This document shows positions 1-10,700 of a stretch of DNA of 64,000 nt, piece by piece (position 1 is the first letter of the stretch; each line of letters opens with the position of its first letter). Source of the DNA: a virus; the IMG/VR virus record IMGVR_UViG_3300046820_000297, positions 7,834 through 71,833 of that record. One strand, given 5' to 3'. A model generated the notes under the pieces. It had not been told where the DNA came from and searched no databases. It saw only the letters and a list, made by a program, of their open reading frames with translations. The position numbers and the translations under genes were made by a program.

Positions 1-1970
1 CACCAACTGCTCAGTATGGTATGGAGTTACAAGAGTTTCAAGGTGATGAAGGTGAATCACAAGTTAATAGAGATGCTGCTTTAGCACAAGCTGCGTATCT
101 TAGAAGTTTACCCGCAAGAGGTAGTGGACCTCTTCCTAATCCATTTCAGATGTTCAACGTTCCTGGAGCGGCACCTGTAACTAGAGGTAATAATCAAAGT
201 GGTACAAAACGTACTATTGATCGTAATGCTCCTATACAAATGCCTGATTATTATGTAGGTGAGAATAGTTATGCAGGTTATGTTCCTCAACCTAAAGTAG
301 CTGGTGTTAGAACTACAGGTAGACCTGGAGATGGTAGTATACTTTACGATCCTAACAAAATGCACGGTACGTTTAATCCTAACTGGAGACCTTTTCAACC
401 TATTGGAGGAACTCAAACTACTACAACTAAAGAAGAAGAGAAAACTCCTGCACCTAGAGCAACATCTAAAAAAACTCAGACTGCTACTCAACCAACAGCA
501 CCAACTAATCCTGCTGCACCTGGAACACCTCCTGCTACACCAGAAACACCCGCTGCAGGTAAACCAGAAGAGAAACCAAAAGATGCACAAACTCCAGGAG
601 CAGGTACAGGACCTACTGAACCAACTGCACCAGCTGCAACAGAAAATAAAACACCTCAGCAAGTTCAGCAAGAAGCTGCACAATTAGGAATGTCACCACA
701 ACAGTATATGACATTCTTAACTCATGCTGATGTTAAGATGGGTCCATTAGGAAGACGTTTACGTAAAGCAAGTTTTGACTTTACTACATACGGTCCTGGT
801 ATGAATCCTATTACAGCATCTGCTAATCCGCAGAAACCTTTTTTCTATGATAATGCTACTGGTAAGATGGAAGGTGCTGCACCTAATCAACAAGAGAGTG
901 GTCCTGGAGATGGTTTTCTCGGAAGACTATTTAATAGAAAAAGAAATGCTCCAGCTAGTGAAAATGCTAGAGATATAAATTATACTGAGCGAGGACCTAG
1001 TATAACAGATGCTCGTAAAATGAGTCCTCAAGAATTTAAAAAAGCTCAACAATCACAATTTGATCCAAGAGGTTATAACAATGCATATTCTGAAGGAAGA
1101 AACCAAAACTTCCAAGATAGAAGAAGAAACCTAGGTCAAAGAATTGATGATTTGTATCAACAAGAGTATAACTTACAAACTGGTTCTGGTTTTGGTGTTC
1201 AAGATTTAACTAAGAGACAGGAAAACAAAAGAGACAGATTAATCAATAGGTATAACAGAATTGGAAATCGTAGAGATGCTCCAGGTGCTTCTGGAAGAGA
1301 TACCTTCTCTCCATATGAAAGACCCGTACTTAATGTTAATGATGAAGAAATGCGCTATGGTGGATATTTAAAACACTATCAAGATGCAGGTCCTGTTACA
1401 TTTGAAGATGAGTACATGCCAGAATCAGTAATAGATGCTGTAACTGGTAAATCAACATCTCTAAACACTCCAGTCAGTAATGGAATTCCTGATTATAGTT
1501 CTATGGGAGAAAAAGATTTAGCATCTACTTATGTTGGAGATATTGCTCCTGTAGATTTAGTTCCTAATACTACTCAGATGATGGGTGAAAAAGGAAAAGG
1601 TAAGTTGGATGTTAAGTTTGGTAAGAAACAAAATCCATATACTAAACAATTTATCAGTGCTGGATTAGATCTATTATCTACAGGTTTGCAGAATAGAGAA
1701 GCATCTAGAAACGAGAAAATGTTTAGAAACAAGATGGGAGCTGATCAAGTATTTACACCTATGCAAGATATGTCTAGAGGTGACTACACTGCAAACGAAG
1801 GTTACTTTAGACCTGATCAACAAGTACCTACTCAATTTACTGGATATAACTTTGAGTCACCATATGCTAGAATGGGTGGATCTTATAAGAAAGGTGGTGA
1901 ATACTATCTTACTCAAGATGAGATCGACGAGATCATTGCAATGGGAGGACAAATAGAATTCTTAGATTAA
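1..1970 (+). CDS. Low-complexity putative virion-internal (cargo) protein, 5'-truncated by the window edge
   Basis: The frame is open from position 3 (PTAQYG precedes the Met at 21). It is Pro/Thr/Gln/Gly-rich, has repeated xxxGG motifs (MRYGG, ARMGG, YKKGG, IAMGG) and lies upstream of the giant-protein block. Confidence 0.6.
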   Translation, partial: PTAQYGMELQEFQGDEGESQVNRDAALAQAAYLRSLPARGSGPLPNPFQMFNVPGAAPVTRGNNQSGTKRTIDRNAPIQMPDYYVGENSYAGYVPQPKVAGVRTTGRPGDGSILYDPNKMHGTFNPNWRPFQPIGGTQTTTTKEEEKTPAPRATSKKTQTATQPTAPTNPAAPGTPPATPETPAAGKPEEKPKDAQTPGAGTGPTEPTAPAATENKTPQQVQQEAAQLGMSPQQYMTFLTHADVKMGPLGRRLRKASFDFTTYGPGMNPITASANPQKPFFYDNATGKMEGAAPNQQESGPGDGFLGRLFNRKRNAPASENARDINYTERGPSITDARKMSPQEFKKAQQSQFDPRGYNNAYSEGRNQNFQDRRRNLGQRIDDLYQQEYNLQTGSGFGVQDLTKRQENKRDRLINRYNRIGNRRDAPGASGRDTFSPYERPVLNVNDEEMRYGGYLKHYQDAGPVTFEDEYMPESVIDAVTGKSTSLNTPVSNGIPDYSSMGEKDLASTYVGDIAPVDLVPNTTQMMGEKGKGKLDVKFGKKQNPYTKQFISAGLDLLSTGLQNREASRNEKMFRNKMGADQVFTPMQDMSRGDYTANEGYFRPDQQVPTQFTGYNFESPYARMGGSYKKGGEYYLTQDEIDEIIAMGGQIEFLD

Positions 1971-1976
1971 TAAATT

Positions 1977-4538
1977 ATGCTTAAGAGAGTTAAAATAAAA
2001 AATTTACCTCGAAAGAAAGACGGAGGAGTTAGTTATAATCAACTAGCTCCTATGTACATGCCTAACAATATGGGTCAGAAACCTATTCAAGTTAGAGATA
2101 CATTACAACCCGTACCTAGAGAGTCTGCAAATTTAGAAGCTGAGAAAGATGAAACAGCTTTAATCACTGATGCAAACGGATTACCTGCACACTACAAGAT
2201 TGGTGGTAAGCGTCATTCACAAGGTGGTACACCTTTGAACTTACCAGAGGATACATTTATCTTTAGTGATACACGTGGTATGATTATTCGTGATCCTGAA
2301 GTACTTGCTGACTTTGATGAAACTAAACCAAAGACTCCTGCACAGATTGCTAAGAAGTATGATATAAATAAGTATCGTGAAATTCTAGCTGATCCTGATA
2401 TGGATAAACGCAGTAAAGAAACTGCTGAGAAAATGATAGCTAACTATAATCTTAAGTTAGCTAAACTTGCTTTATATCAAGAGTCTACAAAAGGTTTCCC
2501 CGGTGGAATACCTACTGTAGCATTACCATACCTTGCAACAAATAATATTCAACCACAAGATGTCTTACCTCTCAAAGGTCAAGAGACACCTCAAGAAGAA
2601 ATGGACGAAGATGAAATGTATGCAGAGGAGAATCCGACTGAAGAGGAATTCGTAGATGAGGAAACTATGCCGGAAGCACAATTTGGTATGAATGTTAGAA
2701 GACAGAATCGTTTAGCAAGAAGACTTAATAGATTACGTTCTCAACAACAGTTTGATCCTACTACAGGTATCTATATGAAGACTGGTAGAAACGGAGAGAT
2801 CATCTATACAGATGGTCGTGGTACCGCGCTACCTCCTAATGTTCAACTTCCTCAAGAGTTTATCAGACCTGGTACTAGAACTACATCAACTAAAACAGGA
2901 ACTGCAGGAACTAAAACTATTAAGGTAGACAGAAAGATTCCAGAAGGCGCTACTGTAGTTAAGAGATCTGATTATAAAACAGATGACGAATACCGCAAAG
3001 CACGTGATAAAGCTTTCAAGGATGCAAAGAACAAAGGAAACGTTTATACAACAGATGCAAGTGGAAAGAGTTACCGAGTTGTAAGTAAAGCATTTACAGC
3101 ACCTGAATACAAAGGTAAAGATGCAGATAAAGCATTTAAGGGTAACAAAGATGTTGCTGGTAGATACCAGTATATTGAAGATCAATTGATGAGTAATTCT
3201 GGTCTTCAACAAAAACTTTATGACGCTACTATTAAAGAATTAAAAGATCCTAATAGTCAGAGAGCAAAAGCTTTGGAAGCACGTGGTGTAGATGTAAATA
3301 AAATGATTGAGGGATTAACACCTGAAACTGTAAGTAAGCAGTTCTTAGATATGCAAAAAAGAAATATTGCATTAGGTGTTCATCATGGTAAAGTAGCAAA
3401 AACAAAAAATGCACCTAAGTCTGGTAAAGATGTATCTAATGAAGAATTAGAAAAGGCTGCAACAGAAGCAGGTATTGCAATGCCTAACGCTGCAGATGCT
3501 GCACTACAACAAGCTGCATATCGTGCTATGAACAATCTTGCAGAAGCAGGTGAAGCAGAAGGTTTTATACCTGGTCAAGTAGGTGCTGCAGATGAACCCG
3601 GTAAGAACAAACAGATTTCTCCTATTGATGCTATTTATACAAATACAACAGCAGGTCAAATCATTGGAGTACCCGGAGAAGCAGTTGGAGAAGAAGATCT
3701 TGGTCAAGATGAAATAGCTGAAGATATACCTGCAGAAGAATTAGAAGTTGATCAAGAAGATCCAAACGCAGATTTCTGGTTGCAGGATATTATTGCTACA
3801 ACAGGAGCACTTGGTGACATGGCGCGTATTAAAAAATATCAACCTTGGGCACCTAAGTTAGCACCTTATATTCCTAATCCAACATTCTACGATCCTACTA
3901 GAGAACTTGCTACAATTGGTGAGCAAGCGAATATTGCTACACAAGGTGCGGCAGCATATGCTCCAGCACAAGCATTCAATGCACGTTCTTCTCAGATTCA
4001 AGGTCAAGCAGCAAAAGCTGCTGCTGATACACTAGGTAGATATAATAATCTAAATGTAGGTGCAGCAAATCAATTTGAGTTGACAAAAGCAAATGTGTTT
4101 AATCAAACTGCGATGGCAAATGCGGATATCGCTAAGAATTTGTATGACTCAAATGTTATTGCAAATCAACAGTATGATAACGCTAAAGCACAAGCAAGAG
4201 AACAACTACGTTCATCATTTATAAATGCTATCACTAATAGAGCGAAAGCACAGACACTCAACGCTGTATACGGTGATAATTATATGGTTGATCCTATAAG
4301 TGGTGGATTTACTACTTTCACAGGTGGTGATGAAATGGTTGCTAGTAATGTAGGATACGATCCACAAATCGATAGATTCAGAGAATTGCGTGGAATTATG
4401 CCTGATGAAGATAGTCAAACAATTTGGGAAATGGCGACCGGTGCACCAGCAAGATCTAAAAGAAATAACGCAGCTGCTGACGCATATATGAACGCATACG
4501 GATATAACGTAGGACCACAATATTCACAAAACGGATAA
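1977..4538 (+). CDS. Putative virion-internal protein (853 aa)
   Basis: Long ORF. The N-terminal segment NLEAEKDE...IGGKRHSQGGTP...FIFSD resembles a domain I recall from crAss-like structural modules. The C-terminus is Ala/Gln/Asn-rich and helical. Confidence 0.6.
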   Translation: MLKRVKIKNLPRKKDGGVSYNQLAPMYMPNNMGQKPIQVRDTLQPVPRESANLEAEKDETALITDANGLPAHYKIGGKRHSQGGTPLNLPEDTFIFSDTRGMIIRDPEVLADFDETKPKTPAQIAKKYDINKYREILADPDMDKRSKETAEKMIANYNLKLAKLALYQESTKGFPGGIPTVALPYLATNNIQPQDVLPLKGQETPQEEMDEDEMYAEENPTEEEFVDEETMPEAQFGMNVRRQNRLARRLNRLRSQQQFDPTTGIYMKTGRNGEIIYTDGRGTALPPNVQLPQEFIRPGTRTTSTKTGTAGTKTIKVDRKIPEGATVVKRSDYKTDDEYRKARDKAFKDAKNKGNVYTTDASGKSYRVVSKAFTAPEYKGKDADKAFKGNKDVAGRYQYIEDQLMSNSGLQQKLYDATIKELKDPNSQRAKALEARGVDVNKMIEGLTPETVSKQFLDMQKRNIALGVHHGKVAKTKNAPKSGKDVSNEELEKAATEAGIAMPNAADAALQQAAYRAMNNLAEAGEAEGFIPGQVGAADEPGKNKQISPIDAIYTNTTAGQIIGVPGEAVGEEDLGQDEIAEDIPAEELEVDQEDPNADFWLQDIIATTGALGDMARIKKYQPWAPKLAPYIPNPTFYDPTRELATIGEQANIATQGAAAYAPAQAFNARSSQIQGQAAKAAADTLGRYNNLNVGAANQFELTKANVFNQTAMANADIAKNLYDSNVIANQQYDNAKAQAREQLRSSFINAITNRAKAQTLNAVYGDNYMVDPISGGFTTFTGGDEMVASNVGYDPQIDRFRELRGIMPDEDSQTIWEMATGAPARSKRNNAAADAYMNAYGYNVGPQYSQNG

Positions 4539-4562
4539 AGATAATTATTACCTTTACAAACT

Positions 4563-7500
4563 ATGGCAACGTACTTACCCGGAGTAACAGATTATATACC
4601 AAGGATACAACCTTTTGTACCTGACTTTAACTTCTATTCGAATGCTTTACAAACAAAGCAAGCGCAGTATGATGCAGGTTATGAAAAGATTAGTAGTGTA
4701 TATGGAACTCTATTGAACTCTGAAATGTCTCGTACTGATAACATTAACAGACGAGATGAATTCTTTACAAAGATTGATAATGATATTAAAAAGATATCTG
4801 GTCTAGATTTATCTAAAGATCAGAATGTAAAAGCAGCTGGGAAAATATTCCAACCTCTTATTGACGATAAGTTTATTCAAAGAGATATCGCATTTACAAA
4901 GAATTATAGAAGAGAATTAGATAGAGCGGAAGGTTTTAAGAACTGTACTGATGAAAAGAAATGCGGTGGTAAATATTGGGACGGTGGTGTAAGAGCATTG
5001 AATTATAAATTAGATGAGTTTACAAAAGTAAATATTAATGATACATTAGGTTTCTCTAATCCTACTTATACACCTTATGTAAACGTATATGCGAAAGCAA
5101 TGGAGTTTGCAAAAGAAATGGGATTTGATGAAGCACAAAATATTAGTTGGACACCTGACGGAAGATATATTATTACAACTACAGGTGGACCACAACAGAT
5201 TCCTAGTCTTACAGATTCATTTGTAAACTACCTTAAAGGTGATAGTGCTGCTATGAGTATGTATCAAACATCAGCATATCTAGAACGTAAAGATTACGCT
5301 ACTCAATATGCTGAACAGTTTGGTGGAGAAGAAGGAGCTGAAAGAGATTATCTTAATACTAAGATTACTGAGATCAATCAGATCCAACAAGAGTTATTAA
5401 AACAAGCAGAGGAAGAACTTAAGACTACTAAGAATAAGAAAGTTGCAGGTCAAAAGTCAATAGAGAAAACTCCTATAGAAGAAAATCTAGATAAAGATTT
5501 CTTAGAAGCGTTTGATTCATTAAATACTCAAGAAGAACTTAACACATCAGCAGTTGACTTTTCTAAATCTACTCTTAGTAATGTAGAAGGTATTGAGAAC
5601 CTAGATATTAATTCTATGCGTGCTCGCGTAGATAGTGCTATGGCAAATCAACTATTCTATGGTGACATGCAAGGTGCTGCTACAGACTTCGCTATGAATA
5701 CTATGAAAGTAGATATCAAAGCGGATCAATACGCGCTTGCTGGATATGAGCATAGTTTACGTGTTTCAGAGATATTACTAAAGGATACCCTAGAAAGAAA
5801 ACAGAAAGCGGAAGAGAAAGCTGCTGCAGAAGCAGAAGCTGAAATGGTATTTGATGAAGAAGGTATGCCAGTTGATGGTGGTGCTGGTCAAGTAAATAAA
5901 GTAGATCCTATTAAGTTAGTTGAAGGTGAGATTACTAGTGCTAATGATGATTACGCTGGTGGTTTAGAAGCACAATCAAAATATGTACTTGATAAATTAA
6001 ATGCTGTTATTGGAGATCCTAATAGATCTAAACAAGAACGTGAATTAGCTGCTAAGAAGAGAGATGAAATCTTTGGTACCGCAAGTGTGTATGAAGATCC
6101 TAATGATCCTGAATATCAAAAAGCAATCAAAGATGCTGCGGAAAATGGAGAAGGTAGTTGGTTTAATGAAATACTAGGTGGTGTAGAATTTGCAGCAGGT
6201 GCTGATATGGGTATCATTGGTGCTGGAATACTTGCAGCAGGATTAAGTAACCCAATTGGTTGGGCTGCACTTGCTGTTGGTGGTATTGCAATGTTTAATG
6301 GTGTTGAAGACTTCATGGATAACTCTGATAAGACATCCAGTGTACCAGTACCAAAGAAAACAAAAGATGGTTACATGACATCTCCCGGTGAACTTGCTAG
6401 CTTTAGAAATAACGTAACCGGAACAGATTATAATAACCCTAATAACTTTGATGCATTAAAATCAAGACTTGATAGTTTTATATCAACACAGGGTGACGGA
6501 CTCTTTAGAGGTGATGAAGTATTCTTAAAAGATAACGCAGATCTTAAAGAAGTTATCGATCGTGCTCAAATGAAAAAGAACGCAGCTTTAAGTAATGTTA
6601 CTAATAATAACAAACTTGTTCGTGATAGAATGGTTGCTAAATATGGTAGTGACTTTGAACCCGGTGTGATTGATATGATGTTTACACCAAATGGTACAAA
6701 GAAAAACTTTGAGCAATTTGCAAAAGACTATGCAGCTAAATACAATCCTAGTTTATTAGAAGGTGAGTCATCAGGTTATGGTGAAATGGGAACTATTGCA
6801 GCACTTACTACAGCTGGTGCAGTAGGTGGAGGACCTATTGGTGCAGGTTTAGGATTTCTTGGTGGTTTGATTGCTAGCGGAATGATTGATGACGTTGACG
6901 ATATCTATCAAGAGTTAGATGACAACTATAGAAAGACATACAACAGTGATGAAATTCAAGGATTGAAATCAGGACGTGGTTCTTTAGATGATGGTATCAC
7001 AGGTATCTTTTCTCAAAATAGAATTTATAGTTTTGATCCCGCTGGAAAAAGTGCATTAAAAGATGCAGTAAGAGATTTGTATGCTAAAGATATTGCACCG
7101 GCATTAAAGAACCCATCTGCTAAAGGAGCAACATTCCTTGAGGGTAATCTAATGAACTTAGAAGCAGATGATGAAGTAGGTAACAATCCAAATGCATCAC
7201 GTGTACTATCTCAGATTCTAAGAAGTTCTTTCCAAACAAAATGGAAAGAGTCTAATGATGGTAGACCTCTATTTGATATTACAAGAAGCGGTATGGTTCA
7301 AGGTGACCCTGGTAAAGTAGGTTTGACCTTTACTCTATCAGAAGACTTTATAAAGAAGTATAAGGGTACTGAAAATAATAAAGGTATTACTTGGGGACTT
7401 GATGGAAATGATATCTCTGTAATTATGGATAGAGATAAAGTTAATTCTCAGTTCTTTAAGTCTACGGAAGTGTCTGATTTAGAATTCGTAATGAATTCCG

Positions 7501-7763
7501 TAGGTCAAGTAGATATTACATCTTATAGTCAATATGGTGGTACAGCAAGTATTAAAAAATCGCAAAACGGTCAGTATGTTGCAGACCTTAGTATGAAGTA
7601 TATAGATCCTGAAACAGGAGAGTTACTAAGTCAAAATAGACAATTCGTTAGAGCTGATCAAGATCTTAATTATCTTTATGCTCAGTTATCAGCAGCTCTT
7701 AGCGATAACTACGGTAGACTTACTAAAAATCTAAGAAAGAAAGAAAATAAAGATGGAGAATAG
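4563..7763 (+). CDS. Putative ejected/membrane-channel virion protein (1066 aa)
   Basis: Two Gly-rich hydrophobic segments (GIIGAGILAAGLSNPIGWAALAVGGIAMF; IAALTTAGAVGGGPIGAGLGFLGGLIASG) and coiled coils. It lies directly before the giant proteins. Confidence 0.6.
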   Translation: MATYLPGVTDYIPRIQPFVPDFNFYSNALQTKQAQYDAGYEKISSVYGTLLNSEMSRTDNINRRDEFFTKIDNDIKKISGLDLSKDQNVKAAGKIFQPLIDDKFIQRDIAFTKNYRRELDRAEGFKNCTDEKKCGGKYWDGGVRALNYKLDEFTKVNINDTLGFSNPTYTPYVNVYAKAMEFAKEMGFDEAQNISWTPDGRYIITTTGGPQQIPSLTDSFVNYLKGDSAAMSMYQTSAYLERKDYATQYAEQFGGEEGAERDYLNTKITEINQIQQELLKQAEEELKTTKNKKVAGQKSIEKTPIEENLDKDFLEAFDSLNTQEELNTSAVDFSKSTLSNVEGIENLDINSMRARVDSAMANQLFYGDMQGAATDFAMNTMKVDIKADQYALAGYEHSLRVSEILLKDTLERKQKAEEKAAAEAEAEMVFDEEGMPVDGGAGQVNKVDPIKLVEGEITSANDDYAGGLEAQSKYVLDKLNAVIGDPNRSKQERELAAKKRDEIFGTASVYEDPNDPEYQKAIKDAAENGEGSWFNEILGGVEFAAGADMGIIGAGILAAGLSNPIGWAALAVGGIAMFNGVEDFMDNSDKTSSVPVPKKTKDGYMTSPGELASFRNNVTGTDYNNPNNFDALKSRLDSFISTQGDGLFRGDEVFLKDNADLKEVIDRAQMKKNAALSNVTNNNKLVRDRMVAKYGSDFEPGVIDMMFTPNGTKKNFEQFAKDYAAKYNPSLLEGESSGYGEMGTIAALTTAGAVGGGPIGAGLGFLGGLIASGMIDDVDDIYQELDDNYRKTYNSDEIQGLKSGRGSLDDGITGIFSQNRIYSFDPAGKSALKDAVRDLYAKDIAPALKNPSAKGATFLEGNLMNLEADDEVGNNPNASRVLSQILRSSFQTKWKESNDGRPLFDITRSGMVQGDPGKVGLTFTLSEDFIKKYKGTENNKGITWGLDGNDISVIMDRDKVNSQFFKSTEVSDLEFVMNSVGQVDITSYSQYGGTASIKKSQNGQYVADLSMKYIDPETGELLSQNRQFVRADQDLNYLYAQLSAALSDNYGRLTKNLRKKENKDGE

Positions 7764-10700
7764 TATAAATATAACCCCTACACCTAGCGGAAAACCCGCA
7801 ACAGCAGACTTATATAAATACTCAGTAGGAAACGCAATAGAGGGTGTAGATCCGCTACCCACTCCAAGAACATCAGAAGAAGCTAAAAAAAAAGCGTTAG
7901 CTGATATTGATAAAGCTTTTTTAAATGCGTCTAGACCAGATGCGTTTAAGTTTGATAAACCTACAACTTTCAATGCAGGTAGCAAGGGTTATAACTTTGA
8001 TAGATATTATACACATCCTAAGTTCAAACAATTAGGATTTACTCCTTTGAGAGATAACGAAAGTTTCTACAATCAACACAGTAGCACATGGGATGATCTA
8101 GGACGTGCTGTTAAACAGATGCCCGCACTAGTAGGATTAGGTGCTAGCTCCACTTTTGGTAACTGGAGCAACTTCCTAAGTATGAAACCAGATACTGAAA
8201 ATGCTGAAGAGATGGAAAGACGTATGTCTATTGCATCTTCTTCAAGAGATACATTCGGTGGTAAAGCTGTAAACTTCTTATCTAACGTACCATATACATT
8301 AGGTGTTATCGGTGAGATCTATGCAGAAGAAGCTGCACTGATGCTTGCAAGTAGAATTCCAGGAATGCAAGGTTTAGCAGCAGCTAAAACTGGACAAAAT
8401 ATTCTAAGAGGTGGTTTAGCATTTGAAAGATTATTCAATACATTCCGTGCAGGAAACAAAATTGATAATGCTAAACAAGCATGGGATGCATCTAAAACAC
8501 TTGGTAACTTTGCAAAGAACTGGTTACCTTTTCAAAATACCGCAGACTTATTCAGAGACTCTGGTAGAGCTGCAGCTAACATGGATAAACTAACCGACTT
8601 AGCTGCAGGATATAAAACATTTGGTGCATTCTATAGAGACTTACGTGAGATTAACCTAGTTACAGCAGAAGCTAAACTTGAAGGTGGATTTGTACAGAAT
8701 GATGTTGCTAATACACTAATCGGAGACTTTAGAAAAAAGAATGGTAGAGATCCTAACGATATGGAGTCTGAAGCAATATATGCTCAAGCTCGTAAAGCAG
8801 GATACACTGCAGGTTTCTTAAACACCGGAGGAATATATATTTCTAATAAGGTAGTTCTAGAAAGAGCATTGAAAGGATTGCCTTTCATAGATGAAGTAGA
8901 ACATCTTGCAGGTAAAGGAATTAAGAATGGTAAACTTGTAAAGAACTTAGATTGGAAAACATCTGGTAAAAATCCTTGGGAAGTAATCTCAGGAGTTGGT
9001 TCAGGTGTAAAAGCACTAGGTAATAAGTACTATAGACAACAACTTGTTAAGAATGCTCCTAAGAATGGCATGCGTTTCTTGTCTGCAAACGTAATGGAAG
9101 GTATTCAAGAAATGTATCAGGAAGGTACCGCAAAAGGTGTTTCCGATTACTATACTCAGACATACTTAAATCCTTCTAAAGTAGGTAAAGCACAAGTTCT
9201 TTCATCTTTACAAACCGGTGTTAAGTCACAACTTTCTGGTGAAGGATTAGAAGTATTCCTATCAGGATTCTTGATGGCTGGACCAATACAAGCTGTACAG
9301 TCTAGTGTTCATGGTGTATATAACATGGGACAACTTGCAAGACTTAAGATGCAAGACAAAGCATTCAAAGCAGATCCTGCAAATGCTGGTAAGACAAGTC
9401 CGTATGAGAAGTATCTTAAAGATCAAAAAACTTATAATGAAAAAGTTGTAAGTGCTTTGAACTTCTTAACAAAAGATACAAAGAGTTATTTCTCTACTGT
9501 AGATGCTAACGTAAAAGCACAGAAAGATTTTGCTGATCTATTTGAAAGTGCTGTATTAGAAGGTGACGTTAAAGGTGCTGTTGATGCTAATGATGATGCA
9601 TTAGCAAATCACATCTTCACTTTAATAGAATCCGGTCACTTAGATTTATTTACCGAGCACTTAGAAGGACTGAAACAATTAGATGAGAAAGAATTAGCAG
9701 ATGCTCTATATGAGAATCCCGGTAATAAAACTTTTGATAAGAAAACAACTAGCGAAAGAATTGATGCTGTTATAGGAAGAATCAATCAGATTAAAGATAC
9801 TCATAATAAATATCAATCTCTTAGTAATCCTTTTGACTTTAGACAAGATCCTATTGGATACTTTTCATTTGAGTCCGCTAGAAAACTTGCAATATTCAAC
9901 GACTTCAGTTATCAAAGAACTGGAGAACGTATGACTAGTATATTAGAAAAACTTAAAACCAATACAGCTCTATCAAATGTGGATTACATGGACATTGCTA
10001 CAATGTTTAGTATTAATCCTAAGTTGATGGGTAACAACCTAGGTATTGGTGGTGCAACTAATATGCTCGCGTTACTCAAGCAAGAGATTGATAATCTTAA
10101 AGCAGGTACAGATGAGCAGAAAGATGAAGCCGTAAAACTTCAAAACAAGTATGATAAGCTTAAGAGTTTGTCAACACTTATTCAAGATTACGCAGCAAAC
10201 TTAGATACATTAGAATCAGCGCCTGCTGAACAACAAGAAGAACTAGCAAATTCTGTTGAGGAATCTGAGAAACTATTAGGACAAGCGTTTAATGATTACA
10301 TTAAACTTCTTGCTAAGAACAATGGTACAACTATCTTAGATAAAGATATTAATGATGCGTTCAGTGATTTCCGAGACTACTGGAGATTAGGTAGAGATAA
10401 GACACAGTTTGCAGAAGCTGTGAATGCTCTTAATAATCCAGGATACTTTAGTGAGGTTGCTCGTCGTATTAACGGTGCTTTAGAAGTTGCTTCTCAAGTT
10501 AGTGCTCAAAGAGCAAAAGAAGAAGTAGATGAGTACAGAAGACGTTATGCTACTAATGATTTCCTAAATGGATTGCTTAGTCAGTTTAATGTATATGTAC
10601 ATGAAGATGAAGCTGAAGCTTATCTAGCAAATAATATTGTTCCTGAAAAGTTTGTTGATGCAGATACAGGACAAGTTATTTCTCCATCTGATTCAAGATA

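Noticed and set aside
420-660. Tandem DNA repeat in the Pro/Thr/Ala-rich region
   Set aside because: This is low-complexity protein linker coding with no exact periodic nucleotide unit.
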